Assembly: GCA_013265495.1 (NCBI GenBank)
Contig: MU061049.1
Coordinates: 620,001-684,000, forward strand
Reading direction: 5' to 3'
DNA length: 64,000 bases
Source: Vicugna vicugna
Lineage: Eukaryota
The position numbers and the translations under genes are program-made. This document shows positions 10,610 through 21,976 of this stretch, in pieces. Within the stretch, counting starts at the first letter, position 1; every line of letters begins with the position of its first letter. The notes beneath the pieces are model-generated. The model worked only from the letters and a program-made list of their open reading frames with translations, had not been told where the DNA came from and did no database searches.

Positions 10610-13600
10610 CTGGAAAGAGAGAGACTCTGTCAGCTCGAGAAGCAGCTGGCCACGCGTCGCCCCCCCACACCTCCCCTGCAGGACAGGGGCTTTCTCCTGG
10701 CTGGGCTCTCCCGTGAGCAGCACCTTGGCCCTCCAGTCAAGGCTTTCCCCCTCGCAGAGCGAGCCGGCCCCACCGGCCGCCTTCCTGCAGGAGGAGAGAG
10801 AACCCTCCCAGGGCACTGGAGCTACGCCCAGACGTGAGCGGGGAGCTGCCCCCACGCCCCCAGAGCTGCAGGATGCCGAGGCTGGCCGAGCTGGCGGGAG
10901 GGAGGAAAAGGACCGGTCAGAAGGCTTCCGACTCTCACTCCCCCTGTGCCTAGAAAGAATCTAAGAACGACCTGTCTGACCCCTGCTCATAGATCTGCTA
11001 ACTGTTAACCTTTGGAAAATTTAAGCAGCCGTCAGAGGAAACACTGTCAGGAAGTATTTACCCTAAGAAAACCACATGATAAAAAAGGAAGCTTTAAAAG
11101 GTGACCCCAAACCAATTTTGCAAATGCCAGATTAAGTAAGAAATGCACCCAAATCAGCCAGACTGTCTTCCAGCCTCAGAGGAGCAGGTGGCCGTTCCGA
11201 CTTGAGGGGCACACGCTCTCGGCGGCACAGCTCCCAGGGGGGCCAGGGCAGACCCCCAAGCTCTCGTTTTGGTATCACTGTGTCACTCGCCTTCAAGACA
11301 GTGACTCTGTGCAGCCACAGTGAGTGTGGGACCTGAGCCTCTTCCACCACCCGCCCCCACCTGCCTAAACAGTCTGTCAGCAAAGATGCTTCCAGAAACT
11401 CATGGCCAAAAAACAAACAAAACACACGGAGTCAAGGGAGAGTAAAGACGAGGACCTGCCATCAGGACCCAGGGACGTGGAGGGTGCTCCATTCTGGGCT
11501 GCGCTCAGGGGCTGCAGGTGTGGAGGGGCCCAGGTGCGGAGGCCCCCACCTGTCCCAAGTGGGCATGTGACACCACCAGCACCCATGCCTGCGGGTCCTT
11601 GTGCACCCAAGAGGGACACCTCAGGCCAGGCTGTGCGTCACTCCCGTGGACCCCAGACGGAGGGTGATTGCCAAGGTCCTGCCAAAGCTCAGGTTTTGAA
11701 TCTGCTGGGAGTTTTCATCACAAAGAACCAGAGAGGAGTTAAAGGCCAACCAGCCACTGGACAGGGGTCACGGGAGGTGAGGCCCTGGTCTGGGCGAGGC
11801 CGAGGGCACCTCGTGAGGAGTAAAGGAACCTGATCAGAGACAGCCAACATATGCGCGGGTCCCTGTCTGTAGGTGTTGTGCAGAGGCCACCGGGCATGTG
11901 CTCCGGGTGTCCCCGAGTGTGACAGACCCTGGGACAACACGCACTCCCCAGCGGGGCAGTTCTTCATCCCTGACTTCTCTCTGTCCGCTCAGGTGTTACG
12001 GTGCCTAGCTCTACTTGAAGCGCACGGGCGCCCACCATCCTTTCTGGACAGAGTGCGGAAGGTACAAGGTTCTGTCTGGACGACACCTCTATGGCCTGAA
12101 CCTGCTGGACAGCAGGGACTGCCTCTCGGCAGTGGGGGTGCCGCTGGGCCTGGAGACTCTGGGCCCTTGCATGATGGGCATCTTACAGACGGGTCCGGGA
12201 GATGCTCCAAGGTCTAGATTTCTCACGTGTCCTGCATGTGGGCAGTGAGGGCCTGGGGTCTGGAGGGGCCCCGTGCTGAGTTCGTATTCTGGCTCCTCTG
12301 CCCAGCTACCTGCAGTGCTGCATGGTTCTCGAGTGACTTTGTCCCCCGACTAATGACCAAGACTTAGTCACTGGCTACACCAGACTGTCCCAAGGGCACA
12401 GGTGCTGATGTCCTGGCAAAGCCTCGGACAGGTGTCCAGGGTGGCTGTGGCCTCGCCGCCCTGACTGTGAGGTGGGCCTACTGCTCTGCTTTGCTGGGCG
12501 GGGCGGGGCTCGGCCACACAGCTTCCTGGACCCCGGCTAGTGCTGACCGAGGCGACTCCTTTCTGGATAAAGTCCACGCTTCCCCACGTGGGGTTTGTTC
12601 GCTCATTGACCAAGGGGTAGAGACCACACAGGTGACTCACGTGCTAGCTTACCATGAATCTGGGGGAAGGAAAAGGGTTCTGAATGGGGTGGGCCATCTG
12701 CAGCTGGACGGGGAAGCCGGAGGACCACGGACATGGGCTGCCCGGAGCCATGTGGCCGCACGGGAGCCGCTGTGTCCCTCCCTGCGGGAAGCACCACCAA
12801 CACGGCTGCAGAGGCAGGAACACAGGCCTGGCCCTCACTTCGTGTGGGGGCAACCAGGAGATCTGATGAGGTTCCTTTACGTGGTGAGGAAGAGCGTGCA
12901 TTCACGCCCCATCCCCTGCCCCAGTCACTCTGGGACATCTCCGCCTTAACTCTCCCTTGAACAAGACACACGATGCAGCCGCGGGGACGCAGAGCTCCTC
13001 CTAGTACCACTGGCCTGGTGTTTCCAAAGTCCATCTACCATGGCGACAGTGATCCTGCCGTGGGCAGGACAAGCTGAGCTCCTGAGGACGCCCTGGCTGT
13101 GCCCAAGGGCAGGAGATGGACCAGCCCCGCTATCCCCCTCTACTGGCCCTGCTAAGCCAACTGCTGGCCTTAGACAAACTTCTGTGACCCCGGGCTTTCC
13201 AGGCCCTTCCTGGTGGGAGAGAAAGGTCAGCGGCTCCAGCCAAAACAACAGGTGTGTGAAGCGGACGCTGCGGCTTGCTGGGCCCGCGTGGAGCGGGCCG
13301 GAGAGGGAGGGTCAGCCCTGTAACCAGGACGCCCAGCAGGGCCTCTTCTCCATCCTCACGCACTCCTGGGGGTAAACTCGTTTGTGGGAAACTGGGAACG
13401 TGTGTTTCAGGGGAAATGGGACCCTGGATCTTACGGTCCCATGAGTCTCAACCATGAGTCAGAGGTCATGGGGGCGCTCCTGGCCTCCTCCCTCCCCAGA
13501 AGCGCTAGTGGACCAGAGTTGCGGTGCTGCCTGGGCTGACCAGCGTGAGCGCCGCCCAGAGTCCTCCTGGGCCAGGTGAGGGAGGAGATGTTTCCAGGCC

Positions 13601-13739
13601 CAGGCTCCGCGGGATGTCCGCCTTGGCCCTTTCTGTCTGCTGGACACTGCCCAGCGGCCTCCCCAGTGCGGCCCGTGTCCCCTGGGGCCTGGCTGTGGGC
13701 CAGGAGAGCTCTGCGTCCTGCGCGGGGCGGGGAGACGTG

Positions 13740-13959
13740 NNNNNNNNNNNNNNNNNNNNNNNNNNNNNNNNNNNNNNNNNNNNNNNNNNNNNNNNNNNNN
13801 NNNNNNNNNNNNNNNNNNNNNNNNNNNNNNNNNNNNNNNNNNNNNNNNNNNNNNNNNNNNNNNNNNNNNNNNNNNNNNNNNNNNNNNNNNNNNNNNNNNN
13901 NNNNNNNNNNNNNNNNNNNNNNNNNNNNNNNNNNNNNNNNNNNNNNNNNNNNNNNNNNN
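13740..13959. other. Assembly gap (220 N), probably containing the SPPKGATIPYRPKPASTPVIFAGGQ exon
   Basis: Run of N with very GC-rich flanks. The expected 75-nt exon was not found elsewhere between 10610 and 17112. Confidence 0.9.
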
Positions 13960-14734
13960 TTCGCAGCGTGACAGTTGTGAGGCCTCCTTCCGAGCCCGCC
14001 CCCCCAGGCCCCCCCGCCTGCCCCGGCCCCTCAGGTCCTCCACTAACCACTGCCTGAAATACAACCCCCAGCAGGAGGCAGCGGGCTCCTGCGGAGTGTG
14101 GGTCCCAGACGGGTGAGACCGGAGGACTTGACCCCGTCTGCGCATGCAGATGACCAGACAGAGGCCAGACAGATGGCCACCCGGCTCCCCAGGTGTCAGC
14201 CCGGGAGCCTCACTCTGAGCCTCCTCCTTTAATCCTCGGGAAATAGCCCAGTGCCCGTGGCTCCGCCCGGCCTGCAGTGATGTTCAGGGGCCGTCATTGC
14301 AGGAAAGTTCGAAACATTCAGCTTCACTGTTTAGAAACAGGGCTGTCTTTTAACGAAGCGTAGAGTCCGAATGGTGTTCCAGCCGTGATGCGATTTGCGC
14401 CGAGTCCCTCTGACTAGTCTGCGTCCAGCAGCACAGGGCCCTCATCTTCGGATGAACACTATTCAAGTGCCAGAAATCTGCCGATTTGGGTAAAGTCAGA
14501 GCATTCGGTCCACCCTGTGCCCTGGGAGCAGAGTCCACCGGGCTGTGAGTCCGTCAGTTGGAGGCTCCACCAGGCAGAGGCAGAGCGCAGGGGCCAGGGC
14601 AGCCTGGCCTCGCCTGCAGTTCTTGAAGCCACTGCCCACTCAGGCCCACCCACAGGCAGGGATGTGGGGACAGCAGAGTGGTTGGCAGCTTCAACTCTGC
14701 AGCCCAGGCCACACCATGCCAGTTGTCCATGCCA

Positions 14735-14838
14735 TGTGACCTTGACCTGCTGTGTGACTTGGCTGCATTGTGAGACCTTGACCTGATGTGTGACCTTGAC
14801 CTGCTGTGTGACCTTGGCCCAGCTGCGTGACCTTGCTG
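14735..14838. repeat. 18-bp minisatellite, 6 copies (TGACCTTGACCTGCTGTG)
   Basis: Units start at 14737, 14755, 14773, 14791, 14809 and 14828. Confidence 0.93.
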
Positions 14839-16413
14839 TAAAGCAGAGAGGGCTGCTTCAAGGGCCTGTGAGCTGATGGTGAGGAGGTAACGCTGAGCTC
14901 TCGTCTCCAGCATGTCTGCGGGTATGACTGGCCAGGGCTCTGTGTGGACTCAGGGCAGACTTGGCTCAACACGGTTTGGAAGCGTGACTACACTGAGAGT
15001 GAGCGAGTGACGGTTTCCACTGTGAGCAAGGGCTCAGTCTGGTTGCTGCCTGCCCTCCAGCCCCGAGCTGGGTGGTGGACTCCCTGGCCCTCAGCCTCAG
15101 CTGGTCACCCCCGCTCCACAGTGCCCTCTGACCCACAGATGGTGGTGCTGGGAGCTCTGCTGGGCCCTCTGGCCGTGACTCCCAGGTCCAGCTCTCCGGC
15201 GGACGGAGGCCTGCTGAGCACAGCCCCCCTGCCAGGCCCGCGGCCCCGACACTCATGTCCACACACTTCAGCCACACCTCCGGCAGCCCTCCCTCAGTGG
15301 GGACTTCAGGGGTGGAGACTCCAGTCCCTCCGCGTTGAAAATCGGACCTGCTGCTTCCAGGCGCCGCGACGTCTCCTCCCGCAGGACGGCTGTGCCGGCC
15401 TCCGGGAGATCCGTGAGACAAAGCCTCAGCCCTGCCCCACAAGGACTGTCACCCATGCTTCAGGGCCGCCATCTCCGGTCAGCACCCCTCCTCCCCTTGC
15501 CGGGAAGGGGCCTGGCAGCTCCAACCTCGGCCCTGGGGTCACCAGCGCCACCCAGCCAGCTGGGTCGGGCTTCTCCTGTGGGGCCCCGTCTGACCGGGAG
15601 TGCAGCTCAGCGCCGAGTCCCTCCTGGCCCTGCCCTTCTGAGGGGCCCCCGCCACGGACCAGTCGGGCCTGTGTGGTCTTGCTCCTCTGGCGTCCGCCAG
15701 ACAGTGAGGGGGCCTTCCTGCCACCTGCCCAGGCCCCTTGCGGCCCCAGTGCCGAGGACTGAAGAGTTGGGCCAGCACCGATCGTCACCGTGACAGGTGT
15801 GTGAGGAAGACTCCAGAACAAAGCGTTTAGAAAAACACTTCTGAGTTCACAGTACCGTACTTCAGGAAGACAAAAACCACACAAATATTTTTTAAAGGAG
15901 CTGGACGTGGTGCTTTAACACCAAGTCAAGTACAAAAGATGGGTGAACACACAGGTGCCCCGAGGCTGATCCCATGGGAGCCGCTGTCACCTGGAGCACC
16001 TCCAGCATGGGACCTGGGGCACAGAGGGAGGAGGGCCTGGTGGCTGGGACACCCACATAGATATTGGAACCTTTTCGTTTGAGGCATGACGAATTCATTT
16101 TCATTTTTTTGAAAAAACAGAACTGTTGAGAGCTTCTGTCAGTCTTGCTGCAGTTTGGCTACTGATTGAAATTTAAACCTCAGGTTTTGCCCCCCAACCC
16201 CGAACTTTCAAGAGAGGCTTTTTCCTGCTCAGCTGGGCCTCCTTTGCTTCTCCTGTGGTTAATCCTATTGCCTTTGCAGTTCTGCATTTTCGTGTTTTTC
16301 CTAAGATCCTGCTGGCCCACCTGGCAGGTGGCTCTGATGCCTGCAGGCCGGCCCAGCACAGTGGCGTCCTGTCCACAACGTCCTCCATCCGCATCTCAGC
16401 TGAGACCTGCCTC

Positions 16414-16733
16414 CAGTGCACACCCGCCTTCAGCGCACACTCGCCTTCAGTGCACACTGGCCTCCAGTGCACACCCGCCTTCAGTGCACATCCGTCTTCA
16501 GTGCACACCCGCCTCCAATGTACACCTGTCTCCAGCGCACAGCCGTCTGCAGTGCACACCTGCATTCAGTGCACACCCATCTTCAGTGCACACCCGTCTT
16601 CAGTGTACACCTGCCTACAGCACACACCACCTTCAGTGCACACCCGCCTCCGTGCACACTGTCTCCAGTGCACACCTCACTCCAGCACACACCTGTTTTT
16701 AGTACACACCTGTCTCCAGTGCATACGTGCACC
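16414..16733. repeat. 17-bp minisatellite, about 19 copies (CAGTGCACACCCGCCTT)
   Basis: Periodic units read directly from the sequence; the array explains the overlapping repetitive ORFs. Confidence 0.96.
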
Positions 16734-17049
16734 ATTTTTAAGGCCTGATCCTTTGCTGAATGCCCCTCACATCATGAACTAGTAACTATTCATCTAACTC
16801 CAGAAATGAGGGGTGAGGTGTGCACCGCCTTCTCTCCCCAAATCCCCAGTGAAGACGACGGACCCACCCGAGAAGGCAGGAGCCAGCAACTGTCCCCCAA
16901 GGGCGCACCCAGGACAGTTCTCATGCGCTTTGCCTTGGGCCTGGGTCAGGGACCTGGGCACGTTGTCAAGGCCCGTCCCCCCAACAGCCCTAACCACGGG
17001 AATCCTCAGGGCCTCCGAGCGCCGAAGACTTTGCTGCCTCCAACACTCA

Positions 17050-17472
<423 letters not shown>

Positions 17473-17736
17473 TTAACCTGCGCAAAGGCATCTGCAGAAG
17501 ATAGAACTTTTTTCAAATACGTGGAATTCTATCTCTCTGTGGAGCTTTAGGTCAGAGAAAGACGGACCCTGGTCAGGCATCCTAAACTGTGTGGCTGTCT
17601 TCCCTTGAAGAAATCAAGACTGGGTAGCCGCCCTTCTTCTGGGAAAGGGAAGGAGCCAGACTTTCCTTGGACTAGACAAATGGGCGACACGGTGCTCCCC
17701 CAGGAAACCGGCCTGATCATCAGAGCAGGCCCGTCA

Positions 17737-18147
<411 letters not shown>

Positions 18148-18172
18148 CTAGGGAGAGAGAGCACGCATGTCA

Positions 18173-18622
<450 letters not shown>

Positions 18623-18766
18623 TCAGCAGCAATGGCCAGGCCTCCCGCCACGCCCAGCTCGCCTGCCACCCGGGCCTGCCAGCTCTGGGCCAGAGCCGCC
18701 GGGAGGCCCCTGGCCTTGACTCTCCCGCCAGCCCCAGAACAAGACGCATTCGGGATGCCCACTCAC

Positions 18767-18799
18767 CTCTTCACGCATCTTCTTCACGGTCTCACCTTT
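18767..18799 (-). CDS. PCBP3: PCBP3 33-nt exon KGETVKKMREE (completes the KH1 GKKG loop)
   Basis: Acceptor ctttgttccag, donor GAG|gtgagt; in frame. Confidence 0.96.
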
Positions 18800-19619
18800 C
18801 TGGAACAAAGGTTCAGACAAGGCAGAGGTCAAGCAGGCTCCCACCCCAGCACATCCCGCTGCCTCGTGCGCACTCAGAGGGCGGGACTCCGTGCCCAACA
18901 TGCCATGGCTCCCCGCAGCCTGGAGGCCTGGCCGCAACCTCACCAGGGGGCCCAACAGCCTTGCCCAGGGCTCGAGTTGTAGGGTGAGTGGGCCCGGCCC
19001 AGAGGCCTGACGTGGCTCTAGGCTTGCCCTGGGCACCTGCTCCTCCCCCCACCCCTCCCCTCCTGTCCTCACCACGGGCAAAGTGGGGACCAGGCCCACG
19101 GGCTTGACTCCCAGGGCAGCCCCTCGAGGCACTTGTGAGGAGGAGCTGACTTGAGCTCTGGGGACACCCCCAGCGTTGAAGGACCACTCAGGACCAGCAG
19201 AGCCAGACGTGGTGAGGGTGCACCAGCAGGCGGCCTCGCCCCCTCCCCCCAGGAGCAGCGCTTCCAGCCCACCCGCGCTGCCCGGGGGCGTTGCTGTCGT
19301 TTTAGAATGGACTCTACCACTCGCTGGCCACAGGTGGAAGACTGCTCTGAAGAATGTCAGTGAGAATTCTGACTGGGCTCTTAAACCCAGGAAGGACCAG
19401 CCACCAGGGCAGTGGGGGCGGGGCGGCCTTGGGGGTTGCTCCCCGGCTCCCTCAGAGCCGCTGAGCCGGGGGCCCCAGGACCAGCCTCGGGTGGTGCAGC
19501 CTGAGGTGAGGACATAAGGGTTCCGGGGGAGTCCTCACTGCACGTCCCGCGCACAGGGCCACTGCAGCCCTCACTGCCCCCCACAGAGCCCCCGAGGGCA
19601 GACTTCACGCAATAATTAC

Positions 19620-19643
19620 CTTCCCAATGATGCTTCCAACTTC
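19620..19643 (-). CDS. PCBP3: PCBP3 24-nt exon EVGSIIGK (KH1)
   Basis: GAAGTTGGAAGCATCATTGGGAAG; long pyrimidine tract ending ttcctacag, donor gtaatt. Confidence 0.96.
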
Positions 19644-19794
19644 CTGTAGGAAGAGAATCACAGAAAGACGACGTCACAGAGCAGAAGGAGGAAAACCTGT
19701 GACAGACGCGATGAGAGCCCCCACCTCCCTCCCAGTCGTGCGTGTGGAAGGGAGAACGGGGCGAGGCGGCAGCCCTGCCTCTGACCGAGCGACT

Positions 19795-19814
19795 GACAGA
19801 CAGACAGACAGACA
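19795..19814. repeat. (GACA)5 microsatellite
   Basis: Read directly; (TCTG)n on the pre-mRNA strand, about 150 nt upstream of the 24-nt exon. Confidence 0.9.
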
Positions 19815-20799
19815 AAGGGAAGGGGAGTGGCCAGCTGCTTTCCAGAGAAACACGTCAACAGGCATCACCTTAAGGCCTCAGGGAAACGCTGCAAGAAACA
19901 GGTTAAAAATAAGACCTCCTCCCATGACTCTGTGATGTAAAAAAGTTCAACACCGCCACTGCTGCTTGACGTTTCACAAAACGTAGAACGTTCAGGACAG
20001 TCCGGAACGCGCCGCCACGCTTCCAAAGCCCCCACGCAGGACCGTCCTGCGGTCCCGCCCAGGCAGCTCCCTGGGGGGCGGGGGTGGGGATGCGCAGGGC
20101 CGCCCGCTCCCAGCTGCAGAGGGCGCCCTTCACCCTGAAGCCCAACTTCCTTCCCACAGCGCGTCCTGGGGATGGCAGCTGCCAGGCCATGGGACGGCGC
20201 GCAGCAGGGCCGGTGGCAGCAGAGGGCAGCTGGGCACAGGGCGGCGGCCACCCCACCCCCGCCGGCAGTCAGGAAAAGTGGCGCCTGCGCACCAGGCCAG
20301 AGCCCCCGCCAGCCCCGGGCTTCTCGCGGCACAAGCACGGGGCGGACAGAGGACCGAGGACGGACCCAGCGCTGCTGCCCTGGAACTGGGGTGTGAACTC
20401 ATGGGGCCCAATATAGAGATAAATGTCGAAATGAATCCTGCACAAACACGTGCACACAGATCAGTGATTCCACATAAGCACACACGCATATGAGGACACA
20501 TATTCCCCAGCTCCATCTGGGACCCGCGGTAGCCTGAGGGCAATGAGCACCCCATGCGCCCCCACCTGGGCGTCTAACACACCCCACCACCCTCCACTCA
20601 AGGGAGTCACAGCTTTCTGGAGAAATGGCTGACTCCAGGACCAGCAGGACAGTGAAGACGAGGGCTGAGCAGCATTTTGTGCCAGAGAGCGGGGGAGCGC
20701 AGTCAGGAGGACGGGTCCCCCCAGAAGCACACAGGCAGCCTGGCGGGGCTGCCACGGCCCCCAAGGGGCAGCAAGGGCAGCAGAAGAAACAGTGGGGGT

Positions 20800-21222
20800 G
20801 CAGGGGCACGGGGCGGGTGCAGGGACACGGNNNNNNNNNNNNNNNNNNNNNNNNNNNNNNNNNNNNNNNNNNNNNNNNNNNNNNNNNNNNNNNNNNNNNN
20901 NNNNNNNNNNNNNNNNNNNNNNNNNNNNNNNNNNNNNNNNNNNNNNNNNNNNNNNNNNNNNNNNNNNNNNNNNNNNNNNNNNNNNNNNNNNNNNNNNNNN
21001 NNNNNNNNNNNNNNNNNNNNNNNNNNNNNNNNNNNNNNNNNNNNNNNNNNNNNNNNNNNNNNNNNNNNNNNNNNNNNNNNNNNNNNNNNNNNNNNNNNNN
21101 NNNNNNNNNNNNNNNNNNNNNNNNNNNNNNNNNNNNNNNNNNNNNNNNNNNNNNNNNNNNNNNNNNNNNNNNNNNNNNNGGGTGCGGGGACACACACGGG
21201 GGGTTACGGGGACATGCGGGGA
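20800..21222. repeat. G-rich minisatellite spanning the gap
   Basis: Left flank ggggtgcaggggcacggggcgggtgcagggacacgg; right flank gggtgcggggacacacacggggggttacggggacatgcggggg. Confidence 0.75.
20831..21179. other. Assembly gap (349 N) inside a G-rich minisatellite
   Basis: Run of N flanked on both sides by GGGTGCAGGGGACAC-like units. Confidence 0.95.
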
Positions 21223-21821
21223 GTAATAGGAGCAGCAAGCAGCAAATCCCGCGGCCAGAAGTCAGGACTGACCGCGAGGGGACGTTCACGCAGCACCTGG
21301 GTGCCCGCCAGCAGCCACTCCCTAATGACTGTGAAGACGAGCGGTGGGACGCCCGGCAGGCGCCCCCAACCAAGTGACACCCTGACGTCTGGGCCACCTG
21401 ACAGGCAAGCTCCTGTCACACTCCTGCGGCGGGAGGGAACGTCAGAAAGAGCCAGGGTGAGGGGCATCCTTTCTACAAAAGAACCGGCTGGAATCTTCCA
21501 ACAGTGACAGTGAAAGGCAGGCCGGGGAGCGTCCTGTTTGGAGGGTGGCACTGGGATGACCCGTGGACCTGAGTGGGTCCCAGGCTGTGAGCCGGAACAC
21601 AGCCTGACCAGGGGGTGGCCAGGGTCTGGAGGAGACTCCCGCGTCCGTGGGAGCAGGTGACGGGGCAGCAGGCGGCTGGCTTGAGCTCGAAAGGTTCTGG
21701 AGCAGCGTCATCTGGACGGTACTGCAGCCGCTTTGTGAGCTGAGAGTGCTTAGAATTTAAAAAACCTAATACAAAACAGGCCCCGCGGTGGGCACGCCCC
21801 CCACACCACCGCGGCCTGTAC

Positions 21822-21976
21822 CTTTCCGTGCATCAGCAGGCGGATGGTCAGCGTCACGTTCAGGCCACCTTCTGAGACCTTGGACTCCATCTTTCTTCCA
21901 AAATGCAGCTGGGGGTGGCGGCTCAAGGTGCCGAGGGTGCCGTGAGGAAGGACAGATGGGGCCCAGACAGTGTCAC
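21822..21976 (-). CDS. PCBP3: PCBP3 exon: N-terminal extension plus KH1 start (GDTVWAPS...MESKVSEGGLNVTLTIRLLMHGK)
   Basis: 155 nt; acceptor tgcctctcttgcag, donor AAG|gtacag; second in-frame ATG at 21890-21888. Confidence 0.96.

Noticed and set aside
14041-14075. CACTAAC branch-point consensus
   Set aside because: It is on the plus strand, opposite to PCBP3, with no matching pyrimidine tract.
14735-16733. Periodic arrays as CRISPR-like loci
   Set aside because: Head-to-tail units with no unique spacers, in a mammalian intron, with no cas genes.
16166-16782. ORFs with repeated HTRLQCT / VHWR motifs
   Set aside because: They are translations of the 17-bp minisatellite, not proteins.
19644-19698. 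Upstream alternative acceptor for the 24-nt exon (ctgtcacag|gtttt)
   Set aside because: It adds 53 nt and shifts frame, has a poor tract, and the extension is itself the real pyrimidine tract.
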